A stretch of DNA of 62,423 nt from Candidatus Amesbacteria bacterium RIFCSPLOWO2_01_FULL_48_25 (GCA_001773695.1 MEXN01000004.1:1-62423); one strand, 5' to 3'; shown: positions 25,886 to 35,598, counted from the first letter of the stretch. The notes: generated from the sequence alone by a model not told the origin. Made by a program: numbers and translations.

Positions 25886-27136
25886 TTGTGTCAGTTCGGT
25901 TTCGATGGAGAGGAAGCGGTTGTATTTGGCGACGCGTTCACCCCGGGCGGGGGCTCCGAATTTGGCGTAGTCAGCTCCTACGCCTACTGCGAAATCGGCT
26001 ATAAAGGTATCGTTGGTTTCTCCCGAGCGGTGGGAGATAATTATTTTCCAACCGGCGCTTCGAACTTGGTTGATGACAGCGATATTTTCGGTGACGGTGC
26101 CAGCCTCGTTGAGTTTAATGACTGCAGCTGTACAGGCCTTTTCGGCGATGGCCTTTTTGACTTTTTCGGGGTTGGTGACCAGTAAATCGTCACCTGCAAT
26201 TGTCGTCACACTGCCTAATTCGGCGGTGAGGGCTGCCCACCCCCGCCAGTCGTCTTCGGACAGTGCGTCCTCTAGTAGCCGGAGGTGATACTGGTTATTT
26301 AAGTCACGTAGGTAATCTATGAATTCGGCAGTGTCCATGGGAGAACTACGGTCTTTTATGACGTAACGGCCGTCTTTGAGAAATGAATTGGCGGCGATGT
26401 CCAACCCCAACTCAACGTCGATACCTGGCTTGCGATTCGACTCGGCGATGCCTTCCTGGAGGACTTCTAAGGCGTCGAGATTGGTAAAGAGATTTGGGGC
26501 AAAGCCGCCTTCGTCGCCAACGCTGTGAATCGCGCCCCGGCGGGAGAGAATTTTCTTGATGTTTTGGTATATGACGGCTCCGGTTTCTAAACTGATGGTG
26601 AAGGGTTGGTGAGGATTGGGAATAACTATAAATTCCTGAAAATCTAAATTGCCGGCTCCGTGTTTGCCTCCATTGATCATATTGAATAATGGGGCGGGAA
26701 TGAAGAGTGGCTGGGTGTTTGTGGCCAGATGGGCCACATAGCGGTATAGGGGGACTTTGGCGGCGGCGGCGAGCGCTTTGGTGACGGCCATAGAAACCCC
26801 CAGCAAGGTATTGGCTCCGAAGTGACTTTTGTCTATCGTTCCGTCGAGTGTCAGAAGTTGTTGATCAACCTGGGCAATTGAGTCTATGTTTTTGCCGACG
26901 AGGACCCCGGCTATGTCCCCGTTGACATGGGCGACGGCGTTCAAAACCCCCCTTCCCAGGTAACGATTGGGGTCGTTGTCTCTAAGTTCGTGAGCTTCGT
27001 GAGAGCCGGTGGAGCTGCCGGAGGGAACTGAGGAGACGCCGTAGTCTCCAGAGTCCAAAATGGCCACAACTTCGATGGTGGGGGTAGCTCGGGAGTCTAA
27101 GATTTCGTGAGCATACAAGCGGTCAAGTTTAGCCAT
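25874..27136 (-). CDS. eno: Enolase paralog 2 (more canonical)
   Basis: VPSGSSTG, ELRD, NGGKH, GDEGGFAP, GDDL, SHRSGET, AKYNR. Confidence 0.93.
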   Translation of the reverse strand: MAKLDRLYAHEILDSRATPTIEVVAILDSGDYGVSSVPSGSSTGSHEAHELRDNDPNRYLGRGVLNAVAHVNGDIAGVLVGKNIDSIAQVDQQLLTLDGTIDKSHFGANTLLGVSMAVTKALAAAAKVPLYRYVAHLATNTQPLFIPAPLFNMINGGKHGAGNLDFQEFIVIPNPHQPFTISLETGAVIYQNIKKILSRRGAIHSVGDEGGFAPNLFTNLDALEVLQEGIAESNRKPGIDVELGLDIAANSFLKDGRYVIKDRSSPMDTAEFIDYLRDLNNQYHLRLLEDALSEDDWRGWAALTAELGSVTTIAGDDLLVTNPEKVKKAIAEKACTAAVIKLNEAGTVTENIAVINQVRSAGWKIIISHRSGETNDTFIADFAVGVGADYAKFGAPARGERVAKYNRFLSIETELTQSPK

Positions 27137-27139
27137 ATT

Positions 27140-29437
27140 TTAGAGTCTTGAGATGAGTTTGGATTCGCAATAATAGACGACTTCACGAGTTCTCTCGATG
27201 GCGTCGGGGTTGACAGAAACACTGGTTATACCCCAGTTTACTAATTTTTCAACTAGCTCAGGATATTCTGACGCAGCCTGGCCGCAAATGCTACTGGTAA
27301 CTCCATGTTTGAGGCAGGTTTTGACAGTGCGTTCTAAGGCCCACAGAACCGCTGGGTTGCGTTCGTCGAATTGGGAGGCTACTTCCTGGTTGTCACGGTC
27401 TAACCCCAGCGTCAACATGGTGAGGTCGTTGCTGCCAATCGAGACTCCGTCGATACCCACGTCTAAAAAATCGTCTAATAAAATGACGTTGGCGGGAATT
27501 TCTACCATCATCCAGAGCTTGAATGTACCAGATCGATAGAGTCCCGAAGCGGCCACCAGTTTTTTGACTTCTACTAATTCGGAAACTGTTGAGACATAGG
27601 GGATCATGAGATGCAGATTGTTTAAGTCTTTTTTTTGGCGGACGATTTTTATGGCTTCCAACTCCAGATTAAAAACATCGGGGTTTTTGATGTAGCGGAA
27701 TGCCCCTCTGAAGCCCAGCATGGGGTTGGATTCAACCGGTTCATATTTGTCTCCTCCTCGAAGTGAGCGATACTCGTTGGTTTTGAAATCAGTGGCCCGG
27801 TAAACTACGGGACGGGGAAAAAAGGCTTTGCAAAACATGGACATATCTTGAGCTAATTTGGCGATATATTCTTTTTGTTTTTTTTCGGCGATGACTTTTT
27901 TGGGGTGGACGCCAAGCCCCGCTATCATGAACTCGGCTCGAAGGAGTCCGACCCCATCCACGTTTTTTTGGGCGATTCTTTCGGCTGCTTCTGGTTCGGC
28001 CAGGTTGACGTAGACACGCGTTGCTGTTTTGAAGTTTTCGGGCAGGTTTAGGGTAGGAATGGATGATTGGGTTTGAGTAGTGACGGGCGTAACGGCTCCA
28101 AGATAAATTTCCCCGGTTGCACCACTGACTGTAACGATCATGCCATCTTTTAGAACCGAGGTCGCAGTGGTGGTGCCGACTACACAGGGGACACCCAGCT
28201 CGCGCGAGACGATGGCGGCGTGTGATGTCAAACCGCCGCGATTGGTGATGATACCCGCTGCCCGCTTCATAGCGGGGACAAAATCAGGCGTTGTCATATC
28301 GGTGACCATAATGTCGCCAGTCTTGACCCGACTCAATTTCTTGATATCCGGTATGAGCCGAACCGGTCCGGAGACGATGCCGGGGGAAGCGGGAGCACCT
28401 TTTAATATGGAAGAGCTGGAGAGTTTAAGAGCCGGAGAGCTGGAGTCAGCCGCTGATTTATTATCGAGGGTGGTGATGGGGCGGGTTTGGATGATGTAAA
28501 GCGAACTCCCTTCCATAGCCCATTCCACATCTTGGGGAAAGAAGTAATGCTGGTGAATTTTTTTGCCTATTTCGGCCAGTTTTGAAATTTGGCCATCGGT
28601 TAATTTTTGGCTACGTTGATCACGGGATGGAACTTTGACTTGTTTGACACCCTGTTTACTTTTGACCTCCATGATTTCCTGTGGCTTAATGTTTTTGGTG
28701 ATGATCTTGCCCGAGGCCCTGCTGACTTCATAATGGTCCGGGGTGACTACACCCTGGACTATGTAGTCACCTAAACCGAAGATGGCCTCTATGACAATGC
28801 GATCTCTGTCTTTGGAGATTGGGTCGGTCGTAAACATGACACCAGACACGTCTGATTGGATCATTTGTTGGATAGGTACGGCAATGCCTACTTTAAAGTG
28901 GTCGAATTTTTGCTGCTGCCTGTAAAAAATACTTCTGGCTCCGAATAAAGACATCCAACACTCTTTTACTTTTTGCAAAACATTGGCGTCACCGATGACG
29001 TTGAGGTAGGATTCCTGTTGGCCGGCAAAACTGGCTTCCGGCAAGTCCTCGGCTGTAGCCGAGGATCGAACAGCTACGGGTACACCCGATGATAGGGGTG
29101 AGTGGTGGGCGGTGAGCTCGTGGTAACTGGTAAATATTTCGTTTACTATCTCACGAGGTATATCAGATTTGGCCATAAGATGTTTAATTTTGTCTGCGGC
29201 ATGGTTGAGTTTGTCTGAGTCAGAAATATCGGTGGAGGAGAGAATTTTGTGGATTGCCGGGCGAAGTTTATTTACCTCTAAAAAAGTGAAATAAGCCTGG
29301 GAGACGACAACAAACCCGGGTGGGACCGGAATACCGGCTTGGGTCATTTCTCCCAAGTTTGCTCCTTTACCGCCTGCAACAGGAATGTCTGATTTGGAGA
29401 CGTCCTCGAACCACTTGATATATTTAGGTTTGGTCAT
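27140..29437 (-). CDS. ppsA: Phosphoenolpyruvate synthase
   Basis: GGKGANLGE, AVRSSATAEDL, GGLTSHAAIVSRE (phospho-His), GLLRAEF, SIGSNDLT. Confidence 0.95.
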   Translation of the reverse strand: MTKPKYIKWFEDVSKSDIPVAGGKGANLGEMTQAGIPVPPGFVVVSQAYFTFLEVNKLRPAIHKILSSTDISDSDKLNHAADKIKHLMAKSDIPREIVNEIFTSYHELTAHHSPLSSGVPVAVRSSATAEDLPEASFAGQQESYLNVIGDANVLQKVKECWMSLFGARSIFYRQQQKFDHFKVGIAVPIQQMIQSDVSGVMFTTDPISKDRDRIVIEAIFGLGDYIVQGVVTPDHYEVSRASGKIITKNIKPQEIMEVKSKQGVKQVKVPSRDQRSQKLTDGQISKLAEIGKKIHQHYFFPQDVEWAMEGSSLYIIQTRPITTLDNKSAADSSSPALKLSSSSILKGAPASPGIVSGPVRLIPDIKKLSRVKTGDIMVTDMTTPDFVPAMKRAAGIITNRGGLTSHAAIVSRELGVPCVVGTTTATSVLKDGMIVTVSGATGEIYLGAVTPVTTQTQSSIPTLNLPENFKTATRVYVNLAEPEAAERIAQKNVDGVGLLRAEFMIAGLGVHPKKVIAEKKQKEYIAKLAQDMSMFCKAFFPRPVVYRATDFKTNEYRSLRGGDKYEPVESNPMLGFRGAFRYIKNPDVFNLELEAIKIVRQKKDLNNLHLMIPYVSTVSELVEVKKLVAASGLYRSGTFKLWMMVEIPANVILLDDFLDVGIDGVSIGSNDLTMLTLGLDRDNQEVASQFDERNPAVLWALERTVKTCLKHGVTSSICGQAASEYPELVEKLVNWGITSVSVNPDAIERTREVVYYCESKLISRL
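28413..28444. repeat. Octamer tandem repeat in the ppsA interdomain linker
   Basis: GAGCTGGA GAGTTTAA GAGCCGGA GAGCTGGA; same unit as in uvrA. Confidence 0.75.
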
Positions 29438-30491
29438 GCATTTTGTCCTTGAACCAGTCTACCCAGGGAATCGGTCCTGGGTCAACCCCATTAATTTGGG
29501 AGAGTGAATATGCTAAATAGGCGCCGGACTGAACCAGGTCCATAGCTTCGAAAAGCTGAGAGTTGCCGGCAACTTCCAGGTGATAAGCCGATAGTCGTTG
29601 TTTCTTAACGATTTCCTGGGTAAGTGCGAACCGGCGGGTCACCTCGGGGTGGTACCGGGGGGAGTCGATAAACAGAAACGTGAGGTGGTCTTTCAGGTTC
29701 TGAGGATAGGTCAGGCCTTCTAACAGGTGGTGGTTTAATTCCGGCAGATCGAACATGACGGCGAATGTTTTGGCATTTTCGTGAAGTTGGTTTCTCATAG
29801 CGTAAGCTGCTCCTTTAAGGTGTTCGGCACAGATGATGGCAATGGCGTGGCCTGTGAGGTCGCGGGATAGGTGGACAAGGTGGGGAAAGTTGGATTGGCG
29901 GCTACGTAAAAACTGAGGTAATAACCCTAAATCACTGGGTTGGTGTAGCAACTGACAGCGAGAGAGGAGGACAACCAGGCTCATTATGTTGTAGCCCAGA
30001 CCCATGCGGGGCTGGTTACTGGGATTGTGCAGGGGATGAAAAATATAGTTGGGAAAGTCGAATTGCCTGGCTAATTCGGCTAGTTTGCCGCCACTGGCGA
30101 TGATAAATATTTGGGCTCCTCGGGCTCTGGCTTCGGCGAGGGATGACAAGGTCTCTTCGGTATTACCCGAATAGCTACATATGATTACCAGAGTTCTTTC
30201 ATTGACAAAATTGGGGAGGTGGTACTCGGTAGATATGATAACCGGAATTTTTATGATTTGGCGCTCAAGACTCGCTATAATTCGCCCCCCCAGAACCGAA
30301 CCACCCATGCCGGAGACCACGATGTTGTTGACGTTGTAACAATGGGGAGGAATTGTTGTTGTGGCCATGTCTTTAAATACCTGCTGACATTGATCGGGTA
30401 GAGCAAGAATCGATTTTCTGACGCCGGTGGTATCTAGATCTGAGGAGTCGGAGATGGGGGGGGAAGATGGGGGCAGGGGGTCGGAGTGCAT
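29424..30491 (-). CDS. Bifunctional phosphoglucose/phosphomannose isomerase (SIS domain)
   Basis: SGMGGS, CSYSGNTEET, QPRMGLGY, QLHENAK, PELNHH. Confidence 0.88.
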   Translation of the reverse strand: MHSDPLPPSSPPISDSSDLDTTGVRKSILALPDQCQQVFKDMATTTIPPHCYNVNNIVVSGMGGSVLGGRIIASLERQIIKIPVIISTEYHLPNFVNERTLVIICSYSGNTEETLSSLAEARARGAQIFIIASGGKLAELARQFDFPNYIFHPLHNPSNQPRMGLGYNIMSLVVLLSRCQLLHQPSDLGLLPQFLRSRQSNFPHLVHLSRDLTGHAIAIICAEHLKGAAYAMRNQLHENAKTFAVMFDLPELNHHLLEGLTYPQNLKDHLTFLFIDSPRYHPEVTRRFALTQEIVKKQRLSAYHLEVAGNSQLFEAMDLVQSGAYLAYSLSQINGVDPGPIPWVDWFKDKMHDQT

Positions 30492-30543
30492 GGCAGGCTT
30501 TTACTCATTATGTAGTTTTGCCCTGGGGAGTTCAAGAGCAGGT

Positions 30544-31095
30544 TTACTCTGAATCGAGTGTTCTAAGCGCGGCTCTGAATGCGTTTCTGAGAGCGCTGCG
30601 CATCTTGGGATCTTGGTTGATTCTTCTGCCAACTGCTTGATTTACTATTCCATCACCAGCCTGTGCGAATATATGCCAGGCGGGTGAGAGTCGGTATACG
30701 TCTGGCGAAATATCGTCCGGTATCGGGAGTTCCCTTCGTGTGTCTGGTCGTTCTGCCAATTTAGCAAGAAATAGGAGACAACTTGTTAACGCTTTTGCGG
30801 TTAGGTTCGATATTTCAGGGCCGTACTTACTTCGAAATCCTTCGTCGGTCAGTGTTAGGGGGACTATCTTTAATAAAGCCGTTCCAATTTCCCTGAGTGC
30901 ATCCGGATTGCAAGAAGCAAGTCCGAACATTGCGGCGGCTGCAAGTTGGTCAGCGTCTCTCTTCCCATAGCCTTGAGTGGCAAGTTCTTTCTCTTTCCCG
31001 TAAACGCTGAGATACGCTTCGGTGTTGCGAACCACATCCTCGTCTAGATTGCTGATTGCACTGCTGAGTCCATCTAAAGCTGTAGCCCGAATCAT
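30544..31095 (-). CDS. Hypothetical protein
   Basis: 183-aa ORF filling the gap, with TACTAT 7 nt upstream of the ATG. Confidence 0.6.
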   Translation of the reverse strand: MIRATALDGLSSAISNLDEDVVRNTEAYLSVYGKEKELATQGYGKRDADQLAAAAMFGLASCNPDALREIGTALLKIVPLTLTDEGFRSKYGPEISNLTAKALTSCLLFLAKLAERPDTRRELPIPDDISPDVYRLSPAWHIFAQAGDGIVNQAVGRRINQDPKMRSALRNAFRAALRTLDSE

Positions 31096-31122
31096 ACAGC
31101 TTATAGTATACTAGATAAGGAT

Positions 31123-31737
31123 CTACTTGTCAATTTTGACTAGCCAGAGCTCGAGGGCGGCGGTGAGATCGTAGGGGAGGGATCCAGTCTTTAGCTTGTA
31201 GTCGATGTCTAATAATTGCGAATTTAAAATTGCCAATTGCGAATTGGAGAACTGGCGAGTGAAATGGCCTTGGCCGAGGAGAACTTTGTGCAGTCGGGTA
31301 CATAAACTAGCAAAAATTTGTTCAACGGGGGCAGTACCTAATGCCAAGTGCAAAGTGCTAACGGTGGGATTGTCTAGAAAAGCGAAAATATGTTTGGGGA
31401 GATCGTATTTAGTCGTTAATTTCGGGTCAATAGTCTTTAGCTGGGAGGAAACATCTTTGGACTCCCAAATGATGATACTTTCTGCTTGATTTTTTTCAAT
31501 GTATTTTATTAGTTCTTTTTTGGCTGCGGATGGACGAGATGAGAGGAGATTTTCGATAAATACGGCGTTGGCTGGGCCAAATAGTGATTTTGATTCGACG
31601 GCTTGAATCAGCTGGCCTATTTGTAAACTGTCGCCTGAGAGGTCGACAATATTAAGTCCCTGTTTTATTGCCGCGTGCTTGGCAGATAGAAAATGGTCCC
31701 GAGAAGTTATTTGGTTGTCACCATGGAGAATAATCAT
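31123..31737 (-). CDS. DNA polymerase III delta-like subunit (short HolA-like)
   Basis: IILHGDN, SLFG...VFIENL, LDIDYKLKTG...LELWL. Confidence 0.65.
   Translation of the reverse strand: MIILHGDNQITSRDHFLSAKHAAIKQGLNIVDLSGDSLQIGQLIQAVESKSLFGPANAVFIENLLSSRPSAAKKELIKYIEKNQAESIIIWESKDVSSQLKTIDPKLTTKYDLPKHIFAFLDNPTVSTLHLALGTAPVEQIFASLCTRLHKVLLGQGHFTRQFSNSQLAILNSQLLDIDYKLKTGSLPYDLTAALELWLVKIDK
31214..31255. repeat. Heptamer tandem repeat (AATTGCG)n in frame inside the holA-like gene
   Basis: AATTGCG AATTTAA AATTGCC AATTGCG AATTGGA. Confidence 0.8.
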
Positions 31738-32132
31738 TGATATGATTTACGAAGAAGCGATTGAAATAAAGCTTCTACGGTGTCGTGGTAATGGCGATAC
31801 GTGCGGCGGCCGTGGGCGCGGGAACGGTGGGGTACGAGAGCGCCAGAAAATGTCTTGGGGATATGCAAAAGTTCGTGGATGAGAACCCGTTCTTGTTCGT
31901 CCAAATTTAATTTATCAAAGCGATGGGAAATGACTTCCAGGCAGTAGGCGGCCTGGGTGTTTAGAGCTTGCTGCCAAATTGTGGGCAAGCTCCAAATGCG
32001 GGCGGTGGCCCGGGAAGTGGAGCCGGTGCTACGAAAGCAAAATATCCGGTCCGATTTGGCGTGATTAAAGGGTAGGTGCGATATCAAGTGAGCGATACGA
32101 CGGCTGATGTCCGGTGCGGGCTGCCAGTTCAT
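31734..32132 (-). CDS. Putative metallopeptidase
   Basis: HELLH (HEXXH) motif; ARIW...Y.LEVIS. Confidence 0.75.
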   Translation of the reverse strand: MNWQPAPDISRRIAHLISHLPFNHAKSDRIFCFRSTGSTSRATARIWSLPTIWQQALNTQAAYCLEVISHRFDKLNLDEQERVLIHELLHIPKTFSGALVPHRSRAHGRRTYRHYHDTVEALFQSLLRKSYQ

Positions 32133-32142
32133 ACTTTTTGGA

Positions 32143-32385
32143 TTATATCCGTTCGACTATCACTTCGTCTCCCGCTAAAACTGGCTTAGTTACTTTGAGA
32201 CCTATTGACTGCCCGGGTTGGGCTGATTCGACCTGTACGTGCTCGATTTGGAGGGAGGAGACGGTTTGGGAGAAGTTTGATGAGCCTGAAAAGCGGATCC
32301 GCTCGCCTATGTATAGAGATTGAGTGAGATCGACGATGGCGACGCCGATTGTGGGGAAGTAGTGGGAAACAACCCCGACTTTCAT
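32143..32385 (-). CDS. Small translation-factor-like beta-barrel protein
   Basis: VGVVSHYF...VAIV, SLQIEHVQVESAQPGQSIGLKV. Confidence 0.75.
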   Translation of the reverse strand: MKVGVVSHYFPTIGVAIVDLTQSLYIGERIRFSGSSNFSQTVSSLQIEHVQVESAQPGQSIGLKVTKPVLAGDEVIVERI

Positions 32386-32396
32386 GTATTACTTTT

Positions 32397-33848
32397 TTAG
32401 TTTAGCACAACCGTGTCGCCAACACTAATATTGTGGTTATCTATGAAACCGGCTGGAACTTCTAAGACCCACAGGCTTGCATAATCTGGTGTAATCACTT
32501 GGGGGGGGTCGGTGGGGTCTGACGGGGGAGGAATGTTTTTGTGAATTTGAACGATTTGACCCTTATTTATCCAGATAAAGTCTAGGGCGAACACCATGTC
32601 TTTCATCCAAAAAGTGGGCAGGCCTACTTGGGGGAACATAAACAGCATGCCTGTGTTTTCTGGTAGTGCCTTTCGGCCGGATAAGCCCTGGGCCCGGGTT
32701 TGGGGAGTATCAGCAATCTCAACCGAAATTGTAGTTTGACCTAATGTGAGTTGGGGTGATGCTGGTGAGAGTAGATTCAGCAAGCGGCGCACAAAGTCTG
32801 GACTGTTTGTTGACTTTGACGGCTGAGATGGTAAACCGGGCTCAGATGGCTTTAATGTTTGGGTGGACAAGTGCGGGCTGCCAGCTATCTTTGGTAAATG
32901 TTGGATTTGAGCGTAATGGGCTGTGGGCTGGTGGGATGTGTCTAATAAGGAGAAGGGCTGAAATTGGCCGGTGGCGAAAAGTAAAAACGGAGTGATGGCG
33001 ACAATATTTGGCTCTGTCCAGACTTGATTGAAAGCGGTAGTGTAAAAATTTTCGCTGGAATTTAATGATCCGGTTTCAGTGATAAAGAGTGGCAAATTAA
33101 TTTTGAGATATTTTTGTTCATACCTGTAACTTGTAATGCCATAGCGGTCCTTGGAATAAACAGATGCGGAAAATCCGGGGTTTGGGTAAGCGTGGACGGA
33201 CAGGCCGTCAATCGATTTATACCAATTGGGTTGGGACTTGGTCATGCGCCGGTAGAACTCAAGGGCGTCAAGTGATGTGTGGTTTGTAGGAGCAGACATG
33301 TCTAGACCCGCTGATAAGAGAAAGAAATCTGCTGACCGGCTTTTGAAAATGTCCTTGGCGTCTATGAGTAAAGTAGCATACTGACTAGGGTTAACTTCTC
33401 CGCCCCACTCGCTTCCATGATTAGGCTCATTAAAGAAGGTAACGTAACGGTTTTGGGTGGGCCAGGGCATGTCATTTAAAAAATTGGCAAAGTCGACCAG
33501 GTCGTAGACGGTAGGACGAACCCAAGTACCGCCATCGGGGTAAGTGGCCAGGCGAATAATGGGAATTAAGTGCAGATTTTTGGTCTGGAGAAAGAAATCC
33601 GTCCATTTCTCTCGGTCTCGGTCGTTGCTTCTCATGGGAATAGTCACGTAGCCCCAGTACCCGCCGGTGGAATTTACTAGTTTGGCGGCTTGGGATATCT
33701 CGCCAGGGTCTAAAATGTGGACTCCTATTCGGTTGTTAGGGACAGACAAAGGGTCGTAAATGGCTACGACTTTTGAAATCCCAAATCCAAAATCCCAAAT
33801 TCCAAATAAGCACCAAGATCCAATGACCAAATTCCAAAATCGCCTCAT
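32397..33848 (-). CDS. Exported clan GH-A-like glycoside hydrolase fused to DUF192
   Basis: Signal peptide; NEPN and ITETG catalytic-like motifs; C-terminal VEIADTP...GLSGR...GMLF...FWMKDM...LD...VLEVPAG. Confidence 0.75.
   Translation of the reverse strand: MRRFWNLVIGSWCLFGIWDFGFGISKVVAIYDPLSVPNNRIGVHILDPGEISQAAKLVNSTGGYWGYVTIPMRSNDRDREKWTDFFLQTKNLHLIPIIRLATYPDGGTWVRPTVYDLVDFANFLNDMPWPTQNRYVTFFNEPNHGSEWGGEVNPSQYATLLIDAKDIFKSRSADFFLLSAGLDMSAPTNHTSLDALEFYRRMTKSQPNWYKSIDGLSVHAYPNPGFSASVYSKDRYGITSYRYEQKYLKINLPLFITETGSLNSSENFYTTAFNQVWTEPNIVAITPFLLFATGQFQPFSLLDTSHQPTAHYAQIQHLPKIAGSPHLSTQTLKPSEPGLPSQPSKSTNSPDFVRRLLNLLSPASPQLTLGQTTISVEIADTPQTRAQGLSGRKALPENTGMLFMFPQVGLPTFWMKDMVFALDFIWINKGQIVQIHKNIPPPSDPTDPPQVITPDYASLWVLEVPAGFIDNHNISVGDTVVLN
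33776..33840. repeat. Heptamer repeat (AAATCCC)n encoding the signal peptide
   Basis: AAATCCC AAATCCA AAATCCC AAATTCC AAATAAG...; encodes WNLVIGSWCLFGIWDFGFGIS. Confidence 0.85.
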
Positions 33849-34339
33849 TTGACCATTATACTTTTCCTGGCGTGGCAGATGGCGATAGCCAGAGCGTCGG
33901 CCGTATCGTCGAAGTGAGACTTGCGCCCCTTTTTGGCCTTGACCTTGAGAAGTTTTGTGACCATCATTTTCATTTGTTTTTTATCGGCTTTGCCGCTGCC
34001 ACCAACATATAACTTGACCTGCATGGGAGTGTAATCAAAAACCGGTAAGTTATGTTTATGTATAGCCAATTTAATTACGCCTATGGCTTGGCCGACGGCG
34101 ATAGCAGTAAGGGCATTGGTGGCAAAGAACAGCCTTTCAATGGCTACAACTTCTGGTTGGTGCATCTCGATGATTTTGCTTACCCCGTCATAAATATGCT
34201 GTAGTCTTTGACCGTGAGGTTGGTCTTTGGATGTTTCTACCAATCCCAAGTCCAATACTTGGTACTGTTCGTGACCGTTGACGTGGATGACGCCGAAGCC
34301 TGTGGTAGCAGTGCCGGGGTCGATGCCGAGGATTTTCAT
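33845..34339 (-). CDS. ruvC: Holliday junction resolvase RuvC
   Basis: ILGIDPG, VAIERLFF, GSGKADKKQM, DDTADALAIA. Confidence 0.95.
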   Translation of the reverse strand: MKILGIDPGTATTGFGVIHVNGHEQYQVLDLGLVETSKDQPHGQRLQHIYDGVSKIIEMHQPEVVAIERLFFATNALTAIAVGQAIGVIKLAIHKHNLPVFDYTPMQVKLYVGGSGKADKKQMKMMVTKLLKVKAKKGRKSHFDDTADALAIAICHARKSIMVK

Positions 34340-34344
34340 CGTAC

Positions 34345-35112
34345 TTGGATGATATCATGTTGAGTGTGGGCAAGTGGCTGTTTATGAGTGCAGTGGTAGT
34401 TTTTTTTGCAGCGGTAGCGGGTTGGTGGTTGGGCGGGCAACAAAAATCGGTACAGAACCAGACATCTGGTTGGGTGAAGTCAGCTAAATCGGAGAGCGTT
34501 TATGTTTATTTTGTGGTGGAAGATCAGAGTCGATTGAAATTGATCCCGAATTATGAGAGCAAATTGCCCAGCTTGAAACTGGTTTCGGAAAATGAGTGTC
34601 TATTTGGGATTAATGGGGGTTTTTATGCCACTAACGGAAAACCGATTGGGCTCGTCGTGATTGATGGAAGCGTGATAAATCCTGTTAAAACCAGCCAATT
34701 GTTTAATGGATTTGTGTGGGTTAGGGGGGGTGGGTCGTTTGGAGTAGGTCGGAATTTACCGGTGAAAATCAATTACGGGGTGCAGACGGGACCGATGCTG
34801 GTAGAAAGTGGACGAGCGTTAAATCTGGAGATTAAAAATGACAGTAGTGCCAGGCGGTCAGTAGTGATCGAAGTCACGAATGGTAGAATGGTTTTTGTGA
34901 TGATTTATGATGAGAAGTCCCGTTTAGATGGACCCACGTTAGCGGAGCTACCTGGAGAAGTAATGCGAATTGCTGGTTTGGAAGGGTGGAAGGTGGTATC
35001 GGCTATAAATTTGGACGGCGGAGCCGCATCTGCCTTTTACTCTTCCGAGGTTACGGTTTCAGAGTGGCTGCCGGTGGGCAGCTGGTGGTGTGTTGTTAGC
35101 CTCGAGTCTTGA
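34345..35112 (+). CDS. Phosphodiester glycosidase-family exported protein
   Basis: GINGGFY, VQTGPMLV, ARRS, AINLDGGAA. Confidence 0.8.
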   Translation: MDDIMLSVGKWLFMSAVVVFFAAVAGWWLGGQQKSVQNQTSGWVKSAKSESVYVYFVVEDQSRLKLIPNYESKLPSLKLVSENECLFGINGGFYATNGKPIGLVVIDGSVINPVKTSQLFNGFVWVRGGGSFGVGRNLPVKINYGVQTGPMLVESGRALNLEIKNDSSARRSVVIEVTNGRMVFVMIYDEKSRLDGPTLAELPGEVMRIAGLEGWKVVSAINLDGGAASAFYSSEVTVSEWLPVGSWWCVVSLES

Positions 35113-35485
35113 CGAGCTGGAAATAGTTCCCGTCCAGATCGGCAAAAGTTGCGATATAGCCGTAATCCTGGATGTGATACATCTTGGCTACGAGTTTTAC
35201 CTTGGCTTTTTTGAGGCGGGTAATTTCGCGCTCAATATTGTCTACCTCGAAGTTGAGAATAATCCTCTGAGGATTGGGGTTGGTCCCCCTTACTTCGGAG
35301 TGATCGGCGATATATAGACTGGTTTTACCCAAATCGAACTCGTAAAATTCCTCGTCATGTTCGCCAAACACGGCTTCGCTTTTGAGCTTCAGCCCCAAGG
35401 TATTTTGATAGAACTTGGCTAATTTTTTGGCACTTGGTGAAGAAAGTAATATGCCTTCTAGAGTTTTTATCATCTGTTGTCTCAC
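35096..35485 (-). CDS. VOC (glyoxalase/bleomycin resistance) family protein
   Basis: LAKFYQNTLGL, ILNFEVDNI, FADLDGNYFQL. Confidence 0.85.
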   Translation of the reverse strand: MRQQMIKTLEGILLSSPSAKKLAKFYQNTLGLKLKSEAVFGEHDEEFYEFDLGKTSLYIADHSEVRGTNPNPQRIILNFEVDNIEREITRLKKAKVKLVAKMYHIQDYGYIATFADLDGNYFQLVKTRG

Positions 35486-35526
35486 CCCCGATCTTGTTTA
35501 GGGAATTATATAGAATTTTTTTGTTG

Positions 35527-35598
35527 TGGGCGAAGCAGGATTCGAACCTGCAACATGATGTGTATAAGACATCTGCTCTACCGTTGAGCTATTCGCCC
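35527..35598 (-). tRNA. tRNA-Ile(TAT)
   Basis: GGGCGAA/TTCGCCC acceptor stem; anticodon arm GATGT-CTTATAC-ACATC; T-loop TTCGAAT. Confidence 0.92.
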
